Positions 10,094-20,321 of a DNA stretch of 64,000 nucleotides are shown one piece after another. Origin of the DNA: an uncultured delta proteobacterium (GTDB taxonomy: Bacteria > Desulfobacterota > Binatia > UBA9968); assembly GCA_963847445.1 (NCBI GenBank), contig CAWJZV010000046.1:320001-384000 (forward strand). The letters run 5' to 3'. The translations under genes were made by a program, and so were the position numbers. The notes beneath the pieces were generated by a model. That model saw nothing but the letters and a program-made list of their open reading frames with translations. It did not search any database and had not been told where the DNA came from. Positions within the stretch are counted from its first letter, which is position 1. The number at the start of each line of letters is the position of its first letter.

Positions 10094-10260
10094 TTCACCA
10101 CGAAGGTCCGAAGTTCGCTGACGACTCACCGCAGAGACACCGAGGCCGCAGCGTAAAGAGTTTCTGATGAAGATATTTTCGAACTCTGTGAACTCAGGCC
10201 CTGCGATGAAATCCCAACTTCGTGTGCTGCGGCTCTGCCGCGCTGGGAACTCGTGGTGAA
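10094..10260. repeat. Nested inverted-repeat element (CACCACGAAG arms enclosing a CACCGCAGAG element)
   Basis: Outer ttcaccacga/tcgtggtgaa perfect 10-bp IR; inner tcaccgcagagacaccgag (10126) ... ctctgtgaactcaggccctgcgatga (10209). Confidence 0.7.
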
Positions 10261-10429
10261 TAATTATCCTCACCAAACTTCCAAGGATTCCCACCAACGT
10301 GACAAGTTATCCAGCTCAGTCACGTTAAGTCAAACTATTTCGACCGGCGATTTTAGCAATCTCCGCCGGCCATGCTATTCTGGAATTTGTGAACTCACTG
10401 CGCCATTCGATCCTTCCTAGGCCGGCTCG

Positions 10430-12252
10430 ATGAAAAGTCTCGCACAGCAGTTCAACGAGCTGCGCTATTCGTTCGTGCACACGCCGCAAGCGATTCGCTT
10501 TGTTTGGCGCAGCAATCATTGGGGCATCCTCGGTCTGGCTGTGCTGACGCTGGCCGGCGCGTTGTTGCCGGCGGCGCAGGCTTGGGTCGGCAAGCTGATC
10601 GTCGACGGCGTGGTGGCGGCGATCCAGCATGGCCAGGAGCATGAACAGGCGAAGTCGGTTTTTTACTATCTGGTCGTTGAACTGCGTACTGATCCTGTTC
10701 AGCACTGGGGTGATCCAGGCGCGCCGGCTGATTCAGCAGCTCACCCAACTCAAGCTCGCCAACCAGATTCGCGGTGAAATCATCGGCAAGGCGCTGACCC
10801 TGGACTTGGCGTTTTTCGAGCACCCGGAGTATTACGACAAGCTGCAAAACGCCCGGCGCGAGGGCGGTTACAAACCGGTGGAGCTGATCAACGATACCTT
10901 TCAGATCGTCCAAAATGCCATCACGCTGGCGTCCTTCGCGGTGTTGCTCTTGCGTTTCAGTCCGTGGCTGGTGGCGATTCTGGTTGTGACCAGCATCCCG
11001 GCGTTCATCGCCGAGACGCGCTTCTCGGGGCAAGGCTTTCGCCTGTTGACCCGGCGCGCACCCGAGAGCCGGCAGATCAACTATCTGTCCCGGCTGTTGA
11101 CCGAAGACTCCTCGGCCAAGGAGATCAAGCTTTTCAATTTGGGCGGCACGTTGCTGACCCGCTACATGACCCTGTTCGAGAAGTTTTTTCGCGAGGATAA
11201 GGCGCTCGCTTGCCGGCGCGCCATCGCCGGATTCAGCCTCGGCTTGATTGCGACGCTGGGCTTCTACGGCTCCTACGCCTGGATCGTCTGGCACACGGTG
11301 CAGAGCAGGATCTCGCTCGGCGATATGACGCTCTATCTGGCGATCTTTCGCCAGGGCCAGACGACCTTTCAATCGATTCTCTACGCTGTCAGCAGTATTT
11401 ACGAGAACAATCTGTTCATGTCGAATTTCTTCGAGTTTCTCGGCATGACGCCGCAATTGGCGATCGCCGCCCAGCCCAAAGTATTGCCGGCGACGCTGCG
11501 CGGCGGCATCGAGTTTCGCGATGTCGGTTTTCGTTATCCGGACAATGACGCAATGGGCGCTGCGCGGCGTCAATCTGATCATCCGGCCAGGCGAGAAGAT
11601 CGCGCTGGTCGGCCACAACGGCGCCGGCAAGACGACCCTGATCAAGCTCTTGAGCCGGCTCTACGATCCCACCGAGGGCTCGATCTTGATCGACGGCATC
11701 GATCTGCGCGAAGTCGATCCGCTCGCCTTGCGCCAGAAAATCGGCGTGATCTTCCAGGACTTCGTGCGCTATCACGTGCCGGTGAAGGAAAACATCGGCT
11801 TCGGCCAGATCGACGCGGTGGCGGATCTGGACCGGATCATCGAGTCGGCGCGCAAGAGCGGCGCCGATACGATCATCGACGGCTTGCCGGAAAGTTATGA
11901 CACCATGCTCGGCCGCTGGTTTCACGGCGGCCACGAGCTTTCCTTCGGCCAGTGGCAGAAGATCGCTTTGGCGCGGGCGTTCATGCGCGACGCCGAGATT
12001 CTCGTGCTCGACGAACCGACGGCATCGGTGGACGCCCAATCCGAGTACGAGATCTTTCGCCACTTTCAGGAGTTGACGGCGGGGAAGATGGCGATCCTGA
12101 TCTCCCATCGCTTTTCGACGGTGCGCATGGCCGATCGCATCGCGGTCATCGAAGGCGGCGCGATCAGCGAGATCGGCAGCCATCAAGAGCTGGTCGATCG
12201 CAAAGGCACCTACGCCCATTTGTTCAGCCTGCAGGCGGAAGGCTATCGCTAG
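10430..12252 (+). CDS. ABC exporter, fused permease/ATP-binding protein (two frameshifts)
   Basis: TM domain followed by Walker A GHNGAGKTT, signature LSFGQWQKIALARA, Walker B ILVLDEPT and ISHRFST. Confidence 0.9.
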
Positions 12253-12271
12253 CGTCGTTTCTCGCGCTGCT

Positions 12272-12418
12272 GGCGCGGCAGAGCCGGAACTGAAAAGAAG
12301 AATGGCCGCAAAGAACGCAAAGGGCGCAAAAAAGTATCGGGGCGGGTGTGAAACCCGCACTCTTGGCTTTGGCGCATCGAGAAATTTGCCCAAACCAGAC
12401 GAATTATCACGGATAGTA
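12272..12418 (+). repeat. Dispersed ~140-bp composite repeat, copy 1
   Basis: gaaaagaagaatggccgcaaagaacgcaaagggcgcaaaaaag...gaaacccgc...tttggcgcatcgag...tttgcccaa...tatcacggatagta; inverted copy at 30753-30899. Confidence 0.9.
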
Positions 12419-12714
12419 CATACGTGGGGTCCCGTGCAAGGGGCGAGGCGCGCCTTGTCCCTGGGACTGATTCTTGTGCTGTTCGCCGTCGATATGCGAT
12501 TGTTGAGTCGCTTTAACATGCGGCTGCATAGGGATGGGCTTATCACCGGATTCACTGCGCATCGATATAGCGAAGGACGAGGTCGATCCCAAGAGCCGGC
12601 GCCGCGACGGCGTCAATTATCTCGACACCGATCAATGGCTGGCGAAGAAGCCGTGCTCAAAGTCGTCGACGACGCCTTGGCGGCGGCGGGAAAAAATAGC
12701 TCTAGAGGAGAAAT

Positions 12715-13477
12715 ATGAAACTGGCAACCTGGAACGTCAATTCCCTTAAAGTGCGTCTGCCCCATGTCTTGGAGTTTCTCGATCGGCACAAACCCGATGC
12801 GCTGTGCTTGCAGGAACTCAAGCTCGAAGATGCAAATTTTCCGCTGGCGGTTATCAACGCGGCGGGTTATCAGGCGGTGTACTCCGGCCAGAAGACCTAC
12901 AACGGCGTGGCGATACTGTCACCGACGGCTGCGGCTGACGTGAGCGCGGGTATCCCGGGCCTGGACGATCCGCAAAAGCGCGTGCTCGCAGCGACGGTGA
13001 ACGGCGTGCGCGTTGTCTGCGTGTACATCCCCAACGGCGAGGCGGTCGAATCTGACAAATACAAATACAAACTCGGCTGGCTGCAGGCGCTGATCACTGT
13101 GGTTGAAACAGGAATTGGCGGCCTATCCCAAGCTTGCGCTGTTGGGCGATTACAATGTCGCACCGGAGGACCGCGATGTTTACGATCCCAAGGCTTGGGC
13201 CGGCAAGGTGTTGTTTAGCGACCCGGAAAAAGCCGCGTTCAAAGATATGATCACCCTGGGGCTGACCGATAGTTTCCGCATGTTCGATCAAGCCGACAAG
13301 TCCTACAGCTGGTGGGACTACCGCATGAACGGCTTCAAGCGCAACCTAGGCCTGCGCATCGATCATATCCTGCTCTCAGCGGAACTGGCGAAGACGTGCA
13401 AGAGCTGCAGCATCGACATTGATTTCCGCGCCAAAGAGCGCCCTTCCGACCACGCGCCGGTGATCGTGGAGATTTAG
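12715..13477 (+). CDS. xth: Exodeoxyribonuclease III (one frameshift)
   Basis: [49 protein letters not shown] and PSDHAPV. Confidence 0.95.
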
Positions 13478-13488
13478 GATTCGGAATT

Positions 13489-14013
13489 TTAACCGCAAAG
13501 GACGCAAAGAACACAAAGTAAAATGACGGAACTAGAAATCAAAGCACTTATGTGATCGAGTTGTGCGGCAAACCGCGTACGACATTCACATATATCTTGG
13601 CACATGGTCACCTGGAGAAAGTTTATGAGAACGCTCTTGTCCATCGACTTCGGAAGGCTAGAATTAATGTGAATCAACAACATCCCCTCAGCGGTTGTCG
13701 ATGAAGATGGGACTTCTTGGGTGAGTATTTTGCGGATTTGTTGGTCGAAGATGTTTTGATCGTCGAGCTGAAAGGGCGCGAGTCACTGGCCGCTGAACAC
13801 GAAGCGTCAAGTTCTGGCGTATTTACGTCGGAGCTAAACTTGAACACGGCTTTACTTATCAATTTTGGTTCGCCAAAGTTCGAAATCCGAAAGTTTGCAC
13901 TGGTCAAAGCTCGCCGATGACATCAACTCATTACTAGAAAAGCTACGTTAGTCGAGTGTCGCTGACTTTCAGATCTGCCACATTTTTGCGTTCTTTGCGT
14001 TCTTTGCGGTTAA
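13489..14013. mobile_element. Candidate small element: 29-bp terminal inverted repeats of 9-bp CGCAAAGAA units around a GxxExxY gene
   Basis: Left ttaaccgcaaaggacgcaaagaacacaaa (13489-13517); right tttgcgttctttgcgttctttgcggttaa (13985-14013); 27/29 complementary; interior more AT-rich than flanks. Confidence 0.7.
13523..13920 (+). CDS. GxxExxY protein (PD-(D/E)xK nuclease superfamily); several frameshifts
   Basis: Reconstructed across frames: HGHLEKVYENALVHRLRKA, GEYFADLLVEDVLIVELK and LLINFGSPKFEIRK; may be a true pseudogene given the number of breaks. Confidence 0.85.
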
Positions 14014-14025
14014 CAATCCTTTTCT

Positions 14026-15147
14026 TCATTCGAAGTTATACATTCGCGCGCAGTTGTCCCAGAGCCATTTGCGTTTCATCTGTTCGGTGAAGGGTTGCTC
14101 CAGGAAGGTGTCGATGGCGTGGGGATATTTTACGTCTAGGTGCGGGTAGTCGGTGGAGAAGACCATGTTGTCTTCGAGGCCGTACTCGGGGATGTGTTTG
14201 GCGGTGACCTCGTCGCACTCCACGGCGCCGTAACAATTGCGCTGGAAGTATTCCAGCGGCGTCATCGTCAAATCCGGATATTCCGCCACGCCGGTGGTCT
14301 CGGCGTATTCGCCCATGCGCCACAGGAGCCAGGGCACCCAGGAACAGTTGCCTTCCAAGAACGCCACTTTCAGTTTGGGGAAGCGTTCCATGACGCCGCC
14401 GAAGATCATGTCGCCGCAGGCGAGCATATTCGCAAATGGAAAGCCGAAGGTGTTGAACATCGAGAAGGTCGAGCAGATGTGGAAGAACGCCGGCTGGGGC
14501 AGATAGACCCGGCCGGCTTCGTGGAAGCCCACCGGTAAATTCAACTTCTCGCACTCGGCCCAAAGCGGATCGTAGTAGGGGTCGCTCCATTTCTTGTTGT
14601 TGACATGATTGGGCCGGATAAAGATGCCGCGGAAACCGTATTCTTTCACGGTGCGGCGAATCTCTTCGATCGATCCGCTGATATCGTGCGGAGCGACCAT
14701 GGCGACGCCGAACATGCGCTTGGGGTCAGCCTGGGCGAAGTCGTGCAGCCAGTCGTTGTAAGCGCGGGCGATGGCGGTGGCGAAGTCGGGGTCGAGACCG
14801 TCGATGCCGAGTGCGGTGAGCGCCCGGGTTGGAAACAGAAAGGCGATATCCAGACCTTCTTTATCCATGGCTTGGAGTTGCGACACGCCGTCGAAGTTGC
14901 GTTTGCCGGCTTCGCCATATTTCTCATCGAAAAAGTCTTGACGGTATTTCGCCAGGGCGGGGTTTTCCGGCTGGCGCGGGATCGGCAGGACTTTGCCGTC
15001 GACCTCGATGCCGAGATCGCGGAAGGCGCGGTTCAATCCCTTGGGCGCGCGGTCGAGGTATTTTTTATCGATGTAGCGCTGCCATAGATCGGCGGGCTCG
15101 AAGACATGCATGTCGGAATCCATCGCTTTAAAACCGTTCTTGGCCAT
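14026..15147 (-). CDS. Amidohydrolase family 2 protein
   Basis: MDSDMHVFEP, RAYNDWL, YDPLWAECEKL, GVMERFPKLKVAFLE, FSTDYPH and DNCARMY. Confidence 0.9.
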   Translation of the reverse strand: MAKNGFKAMDSDMHVFEPADLWQRYIDKKYLDRAPKGLNRAFRDLGIEVDGKVLPIPRQPENPALAKYRQDFFDEKYGEAGKRNFDGVSQLQAMDKEGLDIAFLFPTRALTALGIDGLDPDFATAIARAYNDWLHDFAQADPKRMFGVAMVAPHDISGSIEEIRRTVKEYGFRGIFIRPNHVNNKKWSDPYYDPLWAECEKLNLPVGFHEAGRVYLPQPAFFHICSTFSMFNTFGFPFANMLACGDMIFGGVMERFPKLKVAFLEGNCSWVPWLLWRMGEYAETTGVAEYPDLTMTPLEYFQRNCYGAVECDEVTAKHIPEYGLEDNMVFSTDYPHLDVKYPHAIDTFLEQPFTEQMKRKWLWDNCARMYNFE

Positions 15148-15216
15148 TCTGTTTCTCCTTAAGTTAGATGGTGATTCAGGTTTGTTTGGACAGTGTGTTA
15201 GGTACGCGTGTTTGGT

Positions 15217-15294
15217 TCACCACGAAGGCACGAAGAGCACGAAGGTCGGAATAATATTTCCCAAACCTTCGCGTCCTTCGCGCCTTCGTGGTGA
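15217..15294. repeat. Empty inverted-repeat element of CACGAAG 8/9-bp units
   Basis: tcaccacgaaggcacgaagagcacgaaggt - 18 nt - accttcgcgtccttcgcgccttcgtggtga; outer 13 bp perfectly complementary. Confidence 0.9.
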
Positions 15295-15325
15295 GAAGTT
15301 CTTCACAGTAAACCTGGGAGTACGA

Positions 15326-16399
15326 TTATTGCACCGGCGATAAATACTTCAGCTCTTCCTTCATCTTGGGCGGCAGCGACAGCACTTCGTCAACCCACTT
15401 TTCGCATTCTTCGCCGGAGACGTAGTTGATGTCGAGTTTCAACTTAGCGGCTTGGGCGAGGAAATCGCCGTCGGCCAAGGTCGCCTTGAAGGCGCGCCGG
15501 AGGATTTCCAAGCGCTCTTTCGGCGTGTTGGGCGCAATAGTGAACGGGCGCGAGTATTCCATCTGCGCCATGTAGGCGCGATAGGCGCGCAGGTGATTCT
15601 CGTCTTTGATCGCCTCGCTGACGAGGGTCACGCCTTTCGCTTCAGCTTCGGGCACGCGGGCGTGCAGGATGAACGGAATCAAACGGTCGTCGCCTTTGCC
15701 GTCGAGCAAGTCCTTTTGCGTCGCCAAGATCGAGTCCCAGTTGGTGCAGTGGCCGTCGACCTCGCGGCGCTGCAAGGCGATCTTGATTTGCGCCGTGCCC
15801 TGGTAGCCCGATACCACGGCGAACTTGCTGCCGAGGGTTTTATTTAGCAAGAGCGGCATGTCGATGCTGTGCGAGCCCGGTCCAGTGCCGCCCATGCGCA
15901 GCGGTTTGGCCGATTTGACGATCTCGTCCATGGTCTTCGGCCCGGCGAAACCCATCACCAGGCATACCGGCACGCTCTTGCTCGGCGCGCCGAGCCAGCC
16001 GAACTTGCGCGCGTCGAACTTGACGTTGCGATCGCCCATCGCCTGATTGAAAACCAGCGCGCTGTTCCACATGCCGACGGTCAAGCCGTCCGGCTTGGCG
16101 TTATTGAAAATATAATTGGCCGCCACCAAGCTGCCGGCGCCGGTCATGTTGTCGGCCACGGTGGTCGGCCCGCCGGGTATATGTTTGCCGATGTAGCGCG
16201 CGATGGTGCGCGTGTAAGTATCGTAGCCGCCGCCGGCCGCCTGGCCGACGATGAAGCGAATGGTTTTGTCTTTGTAGAAATCTTGAGCGAGAGCCGGTTG
16301 AAGATTCGCCAGCAACAGCGACAGCCCGAGCGAACGCGCGACCAAAGCGCGGGAATTGGCCAGAAATTGGCTTTTCGAACCTAGCTGTCTGGATATCAC
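15326..16399 (-). CDS. Bug/TctC family substrate-binding protein
   Basis: QDFYKDKTIRFIVGQAAGGGYDTYTR, NMTGAGS, KPDGLT and SGYQGT. Confidence 0.9.
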   Translation of the reverse strand: MISRQLGSKSQFLANSRALVARSLGLSLLLANLQPALAQDFYKDKTIRFIVGQAAGGGYDTYTRTIARYIGKHIPGGPTTVADNMTGAGSLVAANYIFNNAKPDGLTVGMWNSALVFNQAMGDRNVKFDARKFGWLGAPSKSVPVCLVMGFAGPKTMDEIVKSAKPLRMGGTGPGSHSIDMPLLLNKTLGSKFAVVSGYQGTAQIKIALQRREVDGHCTNWDSILATQKDLLDGKGDDRLIPFILHARVPEAEAKGVTLVSEAIKDENHLRAYRAYMAQMEYSRPFTIAPNTPKERLEILRRAFKATLADGDFLAQAAKLKLDINYVSGEECEKWVDEVLSLPPKMKEELKYLSPVQ

Positions 16400-16640
16400 A
16401 AACGGCCTCCGTGGCTTATACCATGTCTCTCTTGTGGCGTCTTTGAAATAGTAATCAACAAATCGGCATGAAATTTCAATAGTTCACGTGGATTACCGCG
16501 TGCCCGTGAATGACGAAAAAGAAAAAGTTGACTTCAATTGCGGCGCATTCTTGTGGCACCGCCTGCCATAGTTTAGTCTAAAAGTAAGAGATTCTTCGCC
16601 TGCGGTTCTTGTGCAGTTGTCGCCAGCGGGAGGGTATACG

Positions 16641-17301
16641 ATGAAAACTCGACTAATTTTGTTTGCTGATTGCGGTATTTGCGCTGTTCTCTGTGGCGAC
16701 TACCGTGCATGCCACCATGCAGGACGATGTCGACCAGGCGTTATCGATTATCGAGCGTTTTGGCGAGATCCCGGAGACGGCGATTCCGCCGGCGGTCATG
16801 CGCGACGCCAAGGGTGTGGCGATCTTCGCCATGACCAAAGCCGGTTTCGTGGTCAGCGGCAGGGGCGGAACGGGAGTTGTCCTGGCGCGCACGCCGACGG
16901 GTTGGAGCGGTCCCTCGGCGATCGGTACAGGAGGCGTCGGAGTCGGCTTCCAAGCGGGGGTGCAGGTCACCGAGCACGTGATGATTCTCAACACTCCGGA
17001 GGCGATCAAGGCTTTCACACAAGGCACCAATTTTACACTCGGGGCCAATCTAAGCGTCGCGGTGGGTCCGGTCGGTCGTTCAGCCGAGGCCGGTGTCGCG
17101 CCAAAGGCCGCGATATACACTTACAGCCGCAGCCAAGGAATTTTTGCCGGAGTGTCCCTGGAGGGCACGGCGGTTGCCACCCGCTATGAAGCGAATGAGG
17201 AGTTTTACGGCAAGCCGGTCTATCCGGCCGATATTCTTGAGGGTAAGATTACGCCGCCGGCGAGTGCGCAGAAACTGTTGGATGCGCTGGCGAAATACTG
17301 A
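16641..17301 (+). CDS. Lipid-binding SYLF (Ysc84) domain protein (frameshift in signal peptide)
   Basis: AIPPAVMRDAKGVAI, KAGFVVSGRGGTGV, WSGP and YTYSRSQGIFAGVSLEG; RBS ggaggg before ATG 16641. Confidence 0.9.
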
Positions 17302-17360
17302 CTCCGCCGCTGATCCGAGTTGTCAGGGATAAGCCGGTTGCGGGATGGATCATTCGATGG

Positions 17361-17697
17361 CTCGGATATTTCTCCCGCAAAGGCGCAAAGGCGCTAAGTG
17401 ACGGGGCAAGGCCCGTCATCCGAACGGCAACGGAGGGATTAAGAGAGATTTCTCCCTTCGGTCGAAATGACATGATGCTCTTGTCTACGTGCTTTTGCTC
17501 TGCTTGGGCAAATTTCCCGGTGATCTAAAATGCTCGAACACGGGGATTGACTCCCGCCAAGGCGCAAAGTACGCCAATTTCGGAATCGTTGTCATTTCGA
17601 CCCTTGGGAACTTTCTCGATCCCTCGTGTCCCCTCGGGATGACGGGCATCGCCCGTCACCTTTGCGGCCTTGGCGACTTTGCGGGAGATATTCCGAG
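17361..17697. repeat. Long imperfect inverted repeat with ~110-bp composite arms
   Basis: 17361-17471 ctcgga..tctcccgcaaag..gtgacggg..gcccgtcatcc..gagggat..ggtcgaaatgac is mirrored by 17591-17697. Confidence 0.85.
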
Positions 17698-17762
17698 GTT
17701 CGGTTGCGACGCGGGCCGTGCTGCGCTGTCGTTTTGTTGCGAAGCTTGATACAAACGACGGC

Positions 17763-19058
17763 GTGCAAGCTTTGTCCGACTCTGAACCGCCCATCAAACC
17801 TGCGAAGTTTTTCTACGGCTGGACCATTGTCGCCGTCGGTTTTCTCGCGCATATCGCCTCCGCTTTTACGATTTCGAGCACGCTCAGTGTCTTTCTCAAA
17901 CCGTTGTCGAGCGATCTTGGCGTCTCGCGCGGTGTCTTTTCCCTGGTTCGCTCGGGCGAAGTTCTGATCGGCGCCGTGGCCGCGCCGCTCGTCGGCACGC
18001 TGCTGGATCGTCACGGTTGTCGTGGACTCATGGCCGCAGGCGGGGTTATCGCGGGGCTGGGCTTGCTGCTGCTCGGCCAGGTGCGGGATTTTTGGCAGTT
18101 TCTCTTGGTCCGCTGGCTGATTCTCAGTCCTGGCGACACGCTCATGGGGAACATGGTTGTGAACGTGACGATCTCGCGCTGGTTCATCCGCATGCGCGGC
18201 CGCGCCCTGGCGTTCGCGGGCATGGGCCACGGCCTGGCCAAAGTATTGATGCCGCTGTGCGCCGCGTCGCTGATCGCCTACGCTGGCTGGCGCGGCACCT
18301 GGGTGGTATTCGGCCTGTTAACCTTGACGTTGGTGGTCGGACCGTCGCTGCTGTTCATGCGGCGAAGTCCTGAGGACCTGGGTTTGCTTCCAGACGGAAA
18401 ATTGGCCGCCGACAATGACAGCGGCGGGGTGAAAGCGGATGGCAAGAATAAGAAATCCAATCGAGCTGCAACCGACGACGTCGAGTGGACGCGCGGCGAA
18501 GCGCTGCGCACGCCGGCTTTCTGGCTCATCGTCACGACTTTCGGCGTCGCCCATATCGGCGTCAGCGGGCTCAATCTGCACGTCTTCTCCTTCGTCAGCG
18601 ATCAAGGCCATCCGGCGACGGTCGCTGCCCTAGTCATGAGCACCATCGCGATCATGCAGTTCAGCACGCCGATCGTCTGGGGGTTGTGCGCCGAGCGCAT
18701 CAGCATCGGCCGGGTCATCATGGCCAAGTTCGTGATTCAAGCCGCCGGGATTTCCTTGGCTCTGTCTGACCCTGGGTTGGTTTCCCTCTATGCCGGGTTT
18801 TTTCTATATGGCATCGGCATGGGTGGAACGTCGATACTGGCCGAATTGATCTGGGCCAACTACTTTGGCCGCGTTTCCCTCGGCAAGATTCGCGGTTTAG
18901 GCTCCTTGGTCACCCACGGCTTCAGCGCCGGCGGCCCGCCGTTTTTCGGTTTTCTCTTCGACGCCACGCAAAGTTATATGCTGTCGTTCACTATCTTCGT
19001 CGGCCTGCTGATCGTTTCAGCGGTGCTGAGTTTGTTCCTTCGGCCGCCGACGAAGTAG
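17763..19058 (+). CDS. MFS transporter (OFA/MCT-like)
   Basis: FFYGWTIV, GTLLDRHG, SRWFIRMRGRALA, ALRTPAFWL and multiple TM helices; start uncertain because upstream ORF extension runs through repeat DNA. Confidence 0.9.
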   Translation: MQALSDSEPPIKPAKFFYGWTIVAVGFLAHIASAFTISSTLSVFLKPLSSDLGVSRGVFSLVRSGEVLIGAVAAPLVGTLLDRHGCRGLMAAGGVIAGLGLLLLGQVRDFWQFLLVRWLILSPGDTLMGNMVVNVTISRWFIRMRGRALAFAGMGHGLAKVLMPLCAASLIAYAGWRGTWVVFGLLTLTLVVGPSLLFMRRSPEDLGLLPDGKLAADNDSGGVKADGKNKKSNRAATDDVEWTRGEALRTPAFWLIVTTFGVAHIGVSGLNLHVFSFVSDQGHPATVAALVMSTIAIMQFSTPIVWGLCAERISIGRVIMAKFVIQAAGISLALSDPGLVSLYAGFFLYGIGMGGTSILAELIWANYFGRVSLGKIRGLGSLVTHGFSAGGPPFFGFLFDATQSYMLSFTIFVGLLIVSAVLSLFLRPPTK

Positions 19059-19096
19059 AGGTGTTGGCAAATACGAAGTTCGCTTTCCAGAAATCG

Positions 19097-19562
19097 TTAT
19101 TGGCGCAAATCGTCTTGTTGTAAAAGTCTGCGACCCTGCGCTTTGCAGACCCTTTCTCTTCGCGAACCGGTCGTAAATAAACCGAGCGCTACGAAAGCCG
19201 TACCTACAAGAAACGTCAACTTCAAGATAATCTCAACGCGATAAAGTAGCTCATCGATAGGAGTTGCTTCGATCCCATCATTGGAAAGCAATGTCAGGTA
19301 TGACTTTCCTAGGCGTCCCATAAAAAGTGTGTGAAAAATCTCGGCGATGGCAGGACCTGCTTTATTTGCACGGCTTAGAAATTTGATCAACATGATTACG
19401 TTGATTGATATTGCGCCGGCGAATCCGAAGATAGTGAGATTTACACCCCAAGTTTAACATTGTTTATTTTATGGCCTTTCCACAGGAAAAGGCTCTTAGC
19501 TCTTGTCGCCCCAGATGGGCGTAGACCGGTGTGATAGTTTGTTTGACCGGGGCAAGCGCCAT
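19097..19562 (-). CDS. AT-rich hypothetical membrane protein (frameshifted or degraded)
   Basis: 98-aa ORF 19097-19393 with TM segment; further hydrophobic coding upstream in other frames; low GC. Confidence 0.35.
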
Positions 19563-19673
19563 GGTCAATCCTACGCTTCTACTCGATTCTGTTAAATTCC
19601 GCCGTTTCCATATTGGTGGTCAAGAAAATTAGCGTCAAGTATTTTATTTTTGTCCTTCTGTATACTTAGTGCT

Positions 19674-20000
19674 TCACGCTACGCGTTTGCGGAGGGGTTG
19701 GACGGTAAGCTGCATTCCCATGGCGCGGAGCACAGCCCTCAGGCTTTTCAGTTCCGGATTGCCTTTCGACGAAAGCGTGCGGTAAAGGCTATTGACGTTC
19801 AACTCGGCATCTTGGGCGAGTTTCTGTACGCCGCCAAAAGCTTTGGACATACGGCGCAGCGCGAGCATTAATTCTGCTTGGTCGCCATCTTTGAGTATGG
19901 AGTTCAAATACTCAGCTGCGAAAACCGGGTCTTTGCGAAAACTTTCTATCGTTGCCTCTTCATGGCTGCGGGATATTGCTGATTTTGATTTTCGGCTCAT
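19674..20000 (-). CDS. Addiction module antidote (HigA-like HTH antitoxin)
   Basis: AEYLNSILKDGD...ALRRMSKAFGGVQKLAQDAELNVNSLYRTLSSKGNPELKSL; ATG overlaps toxin stop (ATGA). Confidence 0.9.
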   Translation of the reverse strand: MSRKSKSAISRSHEEATIESFRKDPVFAAEYLNSILKDGDQAELMLALRRMSKAFGGVQKLAQDAELNVNSLYRTLSSKGNPELKSLRAVLRAMGMQLTVQPLRKRVA

Positions 20001-20317
20001 GGCTTCCTCCGCTGGTAGTCGCGCCAATGCGAAACGGCTTGTTTTATGTCCGCCTCCTGCGTGCGTTTTGAGCCGCCACAAAGCAAAAGTACGACGGCCG
20101 TTCCCTCCCGGGCGTAATACACTCGGTAGCCAGGACCCAAGTCGATTTTCAATTCCCAGACCCCTGCCTGACAGAATCTGTGATCGCCAAAATTCCCGGC
20201 TTCTAACCGGTCAATTCGTCGCTGAACGACAACTCTCCCTTTCATATCTTTGAGATCGTCAAGCCACTGTTGATACGGGTCGTTACCCGAGGCAGTGAGA
20301 TAGTGACGTATTTCCAC
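19997..20317 (-). CDS. Addiction module killer (RelE/HigB-like toxin)
   Basis: RIDRLEAGNFGDHR, GVWELKIDLGPGYRVYY and LLLCGGSKRTQEADI. Confidence 0.92.
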   Translation of the reverse strand: MEIRHYLTASGNDPYQQWLDDLKDMKGRVVVQRRIDRLEAGNFGDHRFCQAGVWELKIDLGPGYRVYYAREGTAVVLLLCGGSKRTQEADIKQAVSHWRDYQRRKP

Positions 20318-20321
20318 TTGA

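Noticed and set aside
12302-12718. ORFs such as 12302-12718, 23080-23826, 30642-30908 and the N-terminal extensions of 17670, 54901 and 59668
   Set aside because: They translate repeat DNA ([28 protein letters not shown]) or lie antisense to real genes; a small real gene near 12533-12700 cannot be excluded.
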